NCBI GenBank assembly: GCA_022711495.1
Contig: JAKLEX010000001.1
Span: 291,379 to 355,378 of the forward strand
DNA length: 64,000 nt
Source: Patescibacteria group bacterium
GTDB lineage: Bacteria > Patescibacteriota > Minisyncoccia > Phycocordibacterales > JAACPR01
Reading direction: 5' to 3'
Part shown: one piece after another, positions 56,303 through 64,000 of the stretch
How positions within the stretch are numbered: position 1 is the stretch's first letter
Layout of the letters: each line of letters begins with the position of its first letter
The notes under the pieces: generated by a model
What the model saw: the letters and a program-made list of their open reading frames with translations, nothing else
Databases searched by the model: none
What the model was told of the DNA's origin: nothing
Translations under genes and position numbers: made by a program

Positions 56303-57367
56303 TCATCAAAATTTTTATCTTTTCAACAAAATGCTTCTCAACGAGATCAAATAAATTTTGCCAGAGATTTGGCTATTCTTTTACGCAGCGGAGTAACTCT
56401 AAATGAAGCTATTCGGCTTTTGCAATCGCAAGCTAAATCGAGCGCCATGAAAAAGTTGTTAAGCGAGGCCATTGAGAATGTCAGCCGGGGAACGACTTTA
56501 TCGGTTACTTTGCAAGAATCTAGCGTCAGATTAAGAAGCGTCTTTATCAGTATGGTACACGCCGGCGAGATCAGCGGTACCCTAGTCTCAAACCTTTTGT
56601 TTTTGGCTGATTGGTTGGAAAGAAACTTGCAATTGAAGCAAGAAGTAAAATCGGTAACTTTGTATCCAAAGATTGTTTTCAGCGCGGCCATTTTACTGGG
56701 CGCCGGATTAGCGATTTTCATTCTGCCAAGATTGATACCGGTTTTTCAGGGCATGAAGATTGCTTTGCCGCTCATAACTCGGATGGTTTTGGCCACGGCA
56801 GTTTTTGTTCGGTCGTATTCAATCTGGATTATTTTGGGAATTCTAGTCTTTATAGTTGTCTTTACGGCTCTATCCAGAATTACGCTGACTCGCCGCTGGT
56901 TACAAAAATTTTATTTAAAAATCCCGTTTTTTGGAGAACTTATTCGGGCTTATGAATTGGCCTTATATTCTCAATTGATGCACGTTTTATTGAAGAGCGG
57001 TCTAACTATAAATGAATCTTTTGAAATCGCCAGCACGGAAAGTTCCAGCGTTCCATATCAAGATTCATTTATCATAATCAAAGAAAGATTGATTAAGGGC
57101 GTCAGTTTGTCCGATTCAATCGCTGATTTTCCTAAATTATATCCACCGAATTTTATCAGCATTATCGCCGTCGGAGAAAAAACCGGTACAATTGAAGGCT
57201 CTTTTGAAAGTCTTTCCGCTTTTTACAACAGGGAAATTAACACTAAGACAAAAAACTTACCGACAATTTTGGAGCCGATTCTTTTGGTTGGCATTGGACT
57301 TGTTGTCGGTATTGTAGCTTTGTCAATTATCTTGCCGATCTACACTTTGTCGGGAAGTCTTAGATAA
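56303..57367 (+). CDS. pilC: type IV pilus inner-membrane platform protein PilC/GspF family
   Basis: Two GspF repeats. Three transmembrane segments. The ORF is 359 aa; the chosen start is the MSSKFLSF codon at 56303, which gives about 354 aa. Confidence 0.8.
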   Translation, partial: SSKFLSFQQNASQRDQINFARDLAILLRSGVTLNEAIRLLQSQAKSSAMKKLLSEAIENVSRGTTLSVTLQESSVRLRSVFISMVHAGEISGTLVSNLLFLADWLERNLQLKQEVKSVTLYPKIVFSAAILLGAGLAIFILPRLIPVFQGMKIALPLITRMVLATAVFVRSYSIWIILGILVFIVVFTALSRITLTRRWLQKFYLKIPFFGELIRAYELALYSQLMHVLLKSGLTINESFEIASTESSSVPYQDSFIIIKERLIKGVSLSDSIADFPKLYPPNFISIIAVGEKTGTIEGSFESLSAFYNREINTKTKNLPTILEPILLVGIGLVVGIVALSIILPIYTLSGSLR

Positions 57368-57378
57368 ATAAGCCGCAA

Positions 57379-57855
57379 ATGAAATCTTATGGATTCACAC
57401 TAATAGAAATCTTAATTACCATTGGCATTGTGCTGGTAATTGCCGCATTAGCTTTGCCTATATCCATTGACTTCTACAACAATCAAATAACCAGAAGCGC
57501 TACCGATGAAATTTTTTCGGCCCTCAAAAAAGCCCAGGCTTTTTCTCTTTACAGGCGAGACGACAGTTCTTATGGAGTGGCCTTTGATTCGGGCGAAGAC
57601 GTCTATGTGATATTTGACGGTGATTACAACGATGTCCCGGCAGATTATGACGAAGTTTACGACTTACAGAGTATATCTGTCAGTTTTGATCCGGAAGCCG
57701 ACCCGGTAAATGAGATTTCTTTTGAAAAAGGGACGGGATTACCGAACGAAGGATCAATCACAACAATTACTCTTACCAAAGGCGCCGTTGAGCAATTCAT
57801 ATCAGTCTGCGAATCCGGTCTTGTAGAGTTGGGCGAAAATTGCGACGAAATTTAA
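57379..57855 (+). CDS. prepilin-type minor pilin / pseudopilin
   Basis: MKSYG|FTLIEILITIGIVLVIAALA signal with Glu5. Confidence 0.7.
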   Translation: MKSYGFTLIEILITIGIVLVIAALALPISIDFYNNQITRSATDEIFSALKKAQAFSLYRRDDSSYGVAFDSGEDVYVIFDGDYNDVPADYDEVYDLQSISVSFDPEADPVNEISFEKGTGLPNEGSITTITLTKGAVEQFISVCESGLVELGENCDEI

Positions 57856-57858
57856 ATC

Positions 57859-58341
57859 ATGAAATTCTTAAATGAAAAAAATAAAACTGGCGATGGAGGA
57901 TTCAGTCTGCTGGAAGTCATCTTATCTATTGCCGTATTTACCATCGGAATCGTGGGCATTGGCTTGTTCATGATAGACATTATGACCACGGCCGAAAGAG
58001 CTAGAAACTTAGACCAAGGAATTTTGCTTGCCGAGGAGGGATTAGAGGCGGTTAAACTCATTCGGGACGAAGATTTTGACGAAATTGCGGAAGGAGCATA
58101 TGGGCTATTATTGTCCGAAGATGATACCTGGACATTGGATCCCGGAAATCCGGACGTCACCGATCTGGGAAAAAATTTCACCAGAACGATTATTATCACC
58201 ACTTCGGAGGAATACACGGAAGAACCAGTGAGTGCCACGACTTCCGTTATGGTCATAGAAAGCCAGGTTTCTTGGCCAATCCGAGATGCTACGATTACCA
58301 TAAGTCTGTTTACTTTCCTCACCAATTGGTATCGTGAATGA
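57859..58341 (+). CDS. prepilin-type minor pilin
   Basis: GDGG|FSLLEVILSIAVFTIGIV signal with Glu5. Confidence 0.65.
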   Translation: MKFLNEKNKTGDGGFSLLEVILSIAVFTIGIVGIGLFMIDIMTTAERARNLDQGILLAEEGLEAVKLIRDEDFDEIAEGAYGLLLSEDDTWTLDPGNPDVTDLGKNFTRTIIITTSEEYTEEPVSATTSVMVIESQVSWPIRDATITISLFTFLTNWYRE

Positions 58342-58350
58342 TTTGTTATA

Positions 58351-58602
58351 ATGAGCAAAATGCCGACTGAAAAAAAATTACAAAAAGGTTTCACTCTTCT
58401 GGAATTTTTAATCTATTTCGCCATTACTTTAATAATGTTGGGCGTCATTACGCAAGTCTCGCTTAATATTTTGGACGGCAAAGAAAAAATTCGGGCTTAC
58501 GAGGAAGTCAGTCGTAGCGGCCGAAGTTCGTTAAACGCCATGATTGAAGCCATTTCCGAAGCCGACGAGGTTCTCGGAACTTCCGGAGAAGAACCAGAAT
58601 AA
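58351..58602 (+). CDS. prepilin-type minor pilin (small)
   Basis: KG|FTLLEFLIYFAITLIML signal with Glu5. 83 aa. Confidence 0.65.
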   Translation: MSKMPTEKKLQKGFTLLEFLIYFAITLIMLGVITQVSLNILDGKEKIRAYEEVSRSGRSSLNAMIEAISEADEVLGTSGEEPE

Positions 58603-58606
58603 ATTT

Positions 58607-59020
58607 ATGTTTCTATATTTTTCAAACAAAAGAAATCGGGGATTCGTCGCTTTGACGGCGGTTTTGTTGTTAAGTGCCGTTATTCTTTTTATCATCACCA
58701 GTCTTTCCATGCAGGTTCTGGATGAGGCGGAAGTCAGTTTGGCTCATGAGCAATCAAATAAGGCAAATTATTTGGCAGAAGCCTGCGCTGAATATGTGCT
58801 TCTGAAACTTTCCAATGATTCTAGTTATGACGTTGACGACGAACTTACTTTGGATGATGAGACGTGTTCTTACGTCATTGATGGTGAATACCCAGATAAA
58901 ATTATTCGGGTTACCAGCGTCGTTGGAGATCATTCTTACACCGCCGAAATGGAAATAGAAATATCAACCACGACTCCGTCGGTCACCATTGAATCTTTTA
59001 ATCGTAATGCGGATTTTTAG
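58607..59020 (+). CDS. PilX-like minor pilin (prepilin-like N-terminus lacking Glu5)
   Basis: MFLYFSNKRNRG|FVALTAVLLLSAVILFI. Start at the ATG at 58607; the longer ORF version overlaps the previous gene. Confidence 0.55.
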   Translation: MFLYFSNKRNRGFVALTAVLLLSAVILFIITSLSMQVLDEAEVSLAHEQSNKANYLAEACAEYVLLKLSNDSSYDVDDELTLDDETCSYVIDGEYPDKIIRVTSVVGDHSYTAEMEIEISTTTPSVTIESFNRNADF

Positions 59021-59062
59021 CTTCCTTCACTGCTTGAGCTTTGTTATAATGATTTGAAATAA

Positions 59063-60415
59063 ATGTTTGACAAGAAAAAAACAGAAGAAAAAAAAGCGCC
59101 GGTGGAGAAAACAGCAGAGAAAACGATAGAAAAAAAAGAAGACTTAGATTCAGTGAGAAAAACTTCTTTAAGATCTTTTGCTAAAAGAAAAATTGACTCA
59201 GCTTTTGGGATGAGCATCTCTGACAGTTCAATAGAATTGCTTGAATTTAGGCCATTTTTAACTCATAAACCAAGTTCTTATTCCAGAATCACTCTGGAAG
59301 AGGGGATTGTTTTGAGGGGCAAAATCATAGATAAAGATCGGCTAGTTGATAAAATTAAGACTTTACTTTTGAATGCTAAACCGGGAAAAGTCTCAACCAA
59401 CCGCGTTGTTCTGTCACTGCCGGAAGAACAGGTTTTTACCTGGAGTGTGGCCATCAGCCGATCAATTTCTGGCTCCGAACTTAGGGCTAAGATCCTAGAA
59501 GAAGCCAAAAAAATCGTTCCTCTTGATTTTAAGAAAGTTTACTGGGATTTTGTTTCTTATCCATTAAGACAAAAGGAGTTGCAATACGTAACTTTTGTCG
59601 GGATTTCGCGGGACATTCTTGATGGTTATTTTAATGTTTGCAGTGAATTAGGTCTGGAGGTTGTTGATTTCTCATTGGAAAGCATGAGCTTGGCTCGGGT
59701 ATTTTTACCACCTTCAGACAAAGATGACTACGTTTTGCTCAATATCGGCGGCGAGACTAGCACCGTTAGCATCATCGGCGGCAATCAGTTGTTGAAATTA
59801 TCTTTCACTTTGCCACTAGCCGGTGACGCCATAACGGACGCGATTGCCAAATCTTTGAATGTCACGAAACTTGAGGCGGAGCAACTAAAAATGAAGTTTG
59901 GGGTCGGCGACAGCCCAAATCCTTCTTACAAAACGGCCGTTGAATCTGTTTTGAACGAGCTCTTAAAGCAAGTCAGTGAGGCCATCGCTTATTACGAAAA
60001 AAACAGCGGGGAAACCGTGGACGCGATTTATCTAACTGGCGGAAGCTCGCTTCTAAATGGTTTGGATGGTTATGTCGCCCAACAGACCGGCAAAAATATC
60101 CAGGCTCTAGCTTCTTTACCGTTTATCGTCAGAAGTCCGATTTTTAAGAAAGAAATAAACATAAAACTATTTGCCGACGCCGTGGGGTTAGCCATCATCG
60201 GTATTTCGCAGGATTACAAAATCTTATCTTTCAGAAAACAAATCTCTATAAAAGGTTCCAAACCAAGCTTCTTTAAAAAATTAAGGAGCGGTTATTTTAG
60301 CAAAACAAAGATGATCTTTTCTCCGGCTCACATAACTTATGGTTTGTTATTTTTGTTAATCGTTGGCTTAACAACCGTCTTCACGCTCATGTGGTTGAAC
60401 ATCAGGCAGGGGTAG
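59063..60415 (+). CDS. pilM: type IV pilus assembly protein PilM (actin-like) with C-terminal transmembrane segment (PilM-PilN-like fusion)
   Basis: Actin/FtsA-like fold (FGMSISDSSIELLEF, NIGGETSTVSIIGG). A charged N-terminal extension is present. C-terminal hydrophobic helix GLLFLLIVGLTTVFTLMWL. Confidence 0.7.
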   Translation: MFDKKKTEEKKAPVEKTAEKTIEKKEDLDSVRKTSLRSFAKRKIDSAFGMSISDSSIELLEFRPFLTHKPSSYSRITLEEGIVLRGKIIDKDRLVDKIKTLLLNAKPGKVSTNRVVLSLPEEQVFTWSVAISRSISGSELRAKILEEAKKIVPLDFKKVYWDFVSYPLRQKELQYVTFVGISRDILDGYFNVCSELGLEVVDFSLESMSLARVFLPPSDKDDYVLLNIGGETSTVSIIGGNQLLKLSFTLPLAGDAITDAIAKSLNVTKLEAEQLKMKFGVGDSPNPSYKTAVESVLNELLKQVSEAIAYYEKNSGETVDAIYLTGGSSLLNGLDGYVAQQTGKNIQALASLPFIVRSPIFKKEINIKLFADAVGLAIIGISQDYKILSFRKQISIKGSKPSFFKKLRSGYFSKTKMIFSPAHITYGLLFLLIVGLTTVFTLMWLNIRQG

Positions 60416-60459
60416 AAATTGGGCTGTATTTACGCAGTCGAATTTGTTAAAATCGCGGA

Positions 60460-61554
60460 ATGTCACTATCAATCGGCATTGTCGGTCTACCAAACGTTGG
60501 AAAATCAACGCTTTTTAACGCATTAACCAGAAAATGCGTTCCCTCAGAAAACTATCCTTTTTGTACCATTGATCCGTCGGTTGGCATCGTGCCGGTACCG
60601 GATGAGAGATTGCAAAAACTGGCGACCATGTCCAAATCCGAGAAAGTTATCCCGGCTGTGGTGGAATTTATTGACATCGCCGGATTGGTGAAGGGCGCGG
60701 CTGGCGGGGAAGGGTTGGGAAATAAATTTCTTTCTCATATTCGCGAAGTTGATGCCATCGCCGAAGTCGTGCGCATCTTTGAAGACGACAGAATCACGCA
60801 CGTTTCCAATGAAATTAATCCGTTATCGGACATAGAAGTTATAAATTTGGAACTTATTTTGGCTGATCGCGAGACCGTTTCAAAAAGATTGGCTAACATA
60901 ACTAAAGACGTAAAAGGCGGGAAAAAAGAAGCGGCTATTGAAAAAACCGCGCTGGAAAAAATTGATAAAGCCCTTGGAGAAGGAAAGTTGGCTAGCGATG
61001 TTGTTTTATCCGAGGAGGAAGAAAGTTTGGTTAAGGGTTTGCATTTATTGTCCAAAAAGCCGATTTTGTATGTTTTAAATAAGAAAACTGGCGGAAAAAA
61101 TTTAGACGAATCCAATGACAAGCGCCATCAAGATCTTTTGAAATTCTTCAAGGAAACAAATTCAAGATATGTCATAGTGGATGCCGGGTTTGAAGCGGAA
61201 ATTAAAGACCTGAATCTGGACGAAAAAAAAGATTTTAGAAAAGAATCTGGGGTTGATACCAACGTGGACAATCTAATCGTTGAGGGCTATAAAATATTGG
61301 ATTTAATCACTTTTTTAACAACCGGAACAGACGAAACTCGAGCGTGGACAACTAAAAGAAATTCAACCGCACCAGTGGCTGGACGAGCGCTTCACTCGGA
61401 TTTTCATGATAAGTTTATTCGAGCCGAAGTTATTGGTTCTGATGAACTTCTACAATTTGGTTCTTATGCAACTGCGCGCGAACATGGAAAAGTTCGAACA
61501 GAAGGGAAGAGTTATATTGTCCAGGACGGTGATGTCATTGAGTTTAAGATTTGA
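60460..61554 (+). CDS. ychF: ribosome-binding ATPase YchF (Obg-like)
   Basis: GIVGLPNVGKSTLFNALT P-loop. C-terminal TGS domain. Confidence 0.9.
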   Translation: MSLSIGIVGLPNVGKSTLFNALTRKCVPSENYPFCTIDPSVGIVPVPDERLQKLATMSKSEKVIPAVVEFIDIAGLVKGAAGGEGLGNKFLSHIREVDAIAEVVRIFEDDRITHVSNEINPLSDIEVINLELILADRETVSKRLANITKDVKGGKKEAAIEKTALEKIDKALGEGKLASDVVLSEEEESLVKGLHLLSKKPILYVLNKKTGGKNLDESNDKRHQDLLKFFKETNSRYVIVDAGFEAEIKDLNLDEKKDFRKESGVDTNVDNLIVEGYKILDLITFLTTGTDETRAWTTKRNSTAPVAGRALHSDFHDKFIRAEVIGSDELLQFGSYATAREHGKVRTEGKSYIVQDGDVIEFKI

Positions 61555-61615
61555 CAAAAAGCTCCATCTTTTGGGCTCTCCCATAAATCTGTTATAATTT
61601 GTTCCGAATAAATCG

Positions 61616-64000
61616 TGAGCGAATACGACCATAAAAAAATAGAGAAAAAATGGCAAGAAGCTTGGGCAAAAAACGAAATCTATAAAACCGCCGATAAAAG
61701 TTCAAAACCCAAGTATTACATTTTAGACATGTTTCCTTATCCGTCCGGCTCGGGGCTTCATGTCGGCCACCCGAAAGGTTACATTGCCAGCGACATTCTT
61801 TCTCGTTTTTATCGCATGAGCGGTTTTAATGTTCTTCATCCAATGGGCTGGGACGCATTTGGTTTACCGGCGGAAAATTATGCTTTAAAAACAAAGACTC
61901 ATCCAAAAGTATCTACTGATAAAAATGTTCAGGTTTTCAAAAAACAAATCGGCATCATTGGTCTGGATTACGATTGGGGCCGAGAAATTAATACGACCGA
62001 TCCGGAATATTATAAATGGACGCAGTGGATTTTCCTTAAGCTTTTTGAAAAGGGATTGGCTTATGAATCAAACGAGCCGATAAATTGGTGTCCTTCGTGC
62101 AAAACGGGCTTAGCCAACGAGGATTTGGAAAACGGCAAATGCGAAAGGTGCGGATCGGATATTGAAAAGAAGCCAATGCGCCAATGGGTTCTTAAAATAC
62201 GAGAATACGCTGACAGATTATTGAACGATATTGACCAATTAGATTGGCCAGAATCAATTAAAGAGCTACAGAAAAATTGGATCGGCCGAAGCGAGGGGGC
62301 ACAAATATCTTTTAAAATAAAAGATGGTCAAGACAAAATAGATGTTTTCACAACTCGAGTTGACACGCTTCTTGGCGCGACTTATGTTGTCTTGTCGCCA
62401 GAGCATCCATTAGTAGCAAAATTATCAGCTCAAGCTAAAAATAAAAACGAGATTGAAAAATACGTAAGAGCAGCGGCGAATAAAACTGATGCGGAGAGGT
62501 TGATAGAAAATAAAGATAAAACCGGCGTCAAAATAGATGGCGTTTTGGCTATTAATCCTTCAAACGACGAGGCGATACCAGTTTTCATCGCCGATTACGT
62601 TTTGGCGCAATATGGAACTGGTGCGGTTATGGCCGTACCGGCCCATGATCTAAGAGATTTTGACTTCGCCAAAAAATATTCCATACCGATCAAAAAAGTC
62701 ATCGCGCCGGCGGGAGAAAAGCAAAATAACGAAGAATGCTTTGTCGAGGACGGAGTTTTGATAAATTCCGGTCAATTTACCGGCTTATCATCCTCTGAGG
62801 CCAGAAAAAAAATAACTAAATTTTGCGGTGGCAAATTGACTACTAATTATAAACTTCGCGACTGGGTTTTTTCTCGTCAAAGATATTGGGGCGAACCGAT
62901 TCCAATAATTCACTGCCAAAAATGTGGAGTTGCCCCGGTTCCGGAAAAAGATTTGCCAGTTTTGCTCCCAGAAGTCGCTTCTTATGAGCCAACTGGCACC
63001 GGGGAATCGCCATTGGCCGGCATAGATGAGTGGGTCAACACGACTTGTCCAAAGTGTGGTGGCAAAGCAAAAAGAGAAACTAATACCATGCCTCAATGGG
63101 CCGGCTCTTCTTGGTATTATCTACGTTATATTGATCCTAAAAACGCCAAGGCACTGGTGGATGAAAAAAAGGAGAAATATTGGTCTCCGGTAGATATGTA
63201 TATCGGCGGAGCGGAGCACGCCACCAGACACCTTATTTACGCTCGATTTTGGCACAAATTCCTAAAAGACATCGGCGTGGTTTCTTATGATGAGCCATTT
63301 AAAAAATTACAGCATGTCGGATTAATCAACGGCGAAGACGGTCGGAAAATGGGTAAGCGTTGGGGCAATGTGGTTAATCCGGACGACATTGTGGCAACTT
63401 ACGGTGCCGATACCCTAAGACTTTTTGAGATGTTCCTTGGCCCATTTGACAAGTCGGCCAATTGGAATACCGCCGGCATAATCGGGCCAAGAAGATTTTT
63501 GGAAAGAGTTTGGAAAATGTCCGGCGTCGTGACAAAAGAAACCGGCGAGGAAAACGCTAGAATTGAAAGTCTTTATCACGCGACTCTTAAAAAAGTCGGC
63601 AACGACATCAGAACCCTTAATTTCAATACGGCCATCTCTGAAATGATGATCTTCGTAAATAAAGTTGAAGAAATAGGGAAGATTTCAAAAACTATTTACA
63701 TGGAATTTTTGCAAATTTTAGCGCCATTCGCTCCGCACATGACGGAAGAATTGTGGCATCAGCTTGGACAAAAGAAGTCCATTCATTTGTCCGATTGGCC
63801 AAAATACGACGAGAAAAAGATTGTTTCGGAGTTAAAGAAAATCGCGGTTCAGGTCAACGGCCGAGTCCGAGGAGAAATCAAGCTTGAACAAAATTGCGAC
63901 GGAAAAATCACCCAGAAAATGGTTCTTGAAATGCCCGAGATACAAAAGTGGGTTCCGGACGGAAAGTTCAAAAAATTCATCTACATAGAGGGGAAAATTA
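61616..64000 (+). CDS. leuS: leucyl-tRNA synthetase (5' partial; continues beyond window)
   Basis: GTG start at 61616. The translation is VSEYDHKKIEKKWQEAWAKNEIYK...YILDMFPYPSGSGLHVGHPKGY (HIGH motif). CP1 and zinc motifs are present, and VDMYIGGAEHATRHLIYARFW further along. No stop before position 64000. The -10 TGtTATAAT lies at 61591-61599. Confidence 0.85.

Overview
This 64 kb window reads as a gene-dense housekeeping stretch, about 40% GC, from a small-genome bacterium. Core proteins are short (RpoB 1075 aa, ThrRS 576 aa, an SMC-like protein of 747 aa, ProRS without the INS domain). rimM, murE and mraY are absent where expected, Shine-Dalgarno sites are weak, and type IV pilus genes are compact. 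All of this suggests a CPR/Patescibacteria-like organism, which is inference only.

Recognisable content, in order:
- tRNA-Asn(GTT) on the minus strand.
- yggU, hpf, the def-fmt operon, priA.
- mreB paralog 1 with a degenerate holB-like gene.
- frr, rseP, proS.
- mreB paralog 2 with mreC, mreD and PBP2.
- greA with a near-consensus sigma70 promoter.
- A truncated dcw cluster (mraZ-rsmH-ftsL-ftsI-murF) with MraZ-box direct repeats upstream.
- A roughly 170 nt perfectly palindromic structured element, then tRNA-Glu(CTC).
- A roughly 2.5 kb island at about 48-50% GC holding four genes: a SemiSWEET-like transporter, a 60 aa cysteine-rich protein, a polytopic membrane protein and a 215 aa hypothetical. 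Each has an E. coli-like promoter, a strong RBS and a rho-independent terminator.
- A roughly 430 nt GC-rich hairpin-dense non-coding stretch.
- thrS, dnaE, rnhB, a cysteine-free bL32, a NusB-NUDIX fusion ORF, rnc, a short SMC-like ATPase and RNase R.
- rpsP, a KH protein and trmD, with no rimM.
- A 422 aa type IV pilin-like protein with a very large glycine-rich tail.
- rpoB-rpoC, dnaG-rpoD, a DsbA-like protein, a DEDD exonuclease and hisS.
- Two membrane proteins (one with a bacterial PH domain), a LOG-family gene, tgt, ddl and tRNA-Ala(TGC).
- A type IV pilus operon: major pilin, PilB, PilC, four minor pilins and a PilM with a C-terminal transmembrane segment.
- ychF and the 5' part of leuS.

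No CRISPR array, integrase or transposase was seen.

The most unusual items are the palindromic element and its 17 nt core shared with a second giant hairpin, the composition-shifted island next to tRNA-Glu with its downstream structured region, the NusB-NUDIX fusion and the glycine-rich pilin.
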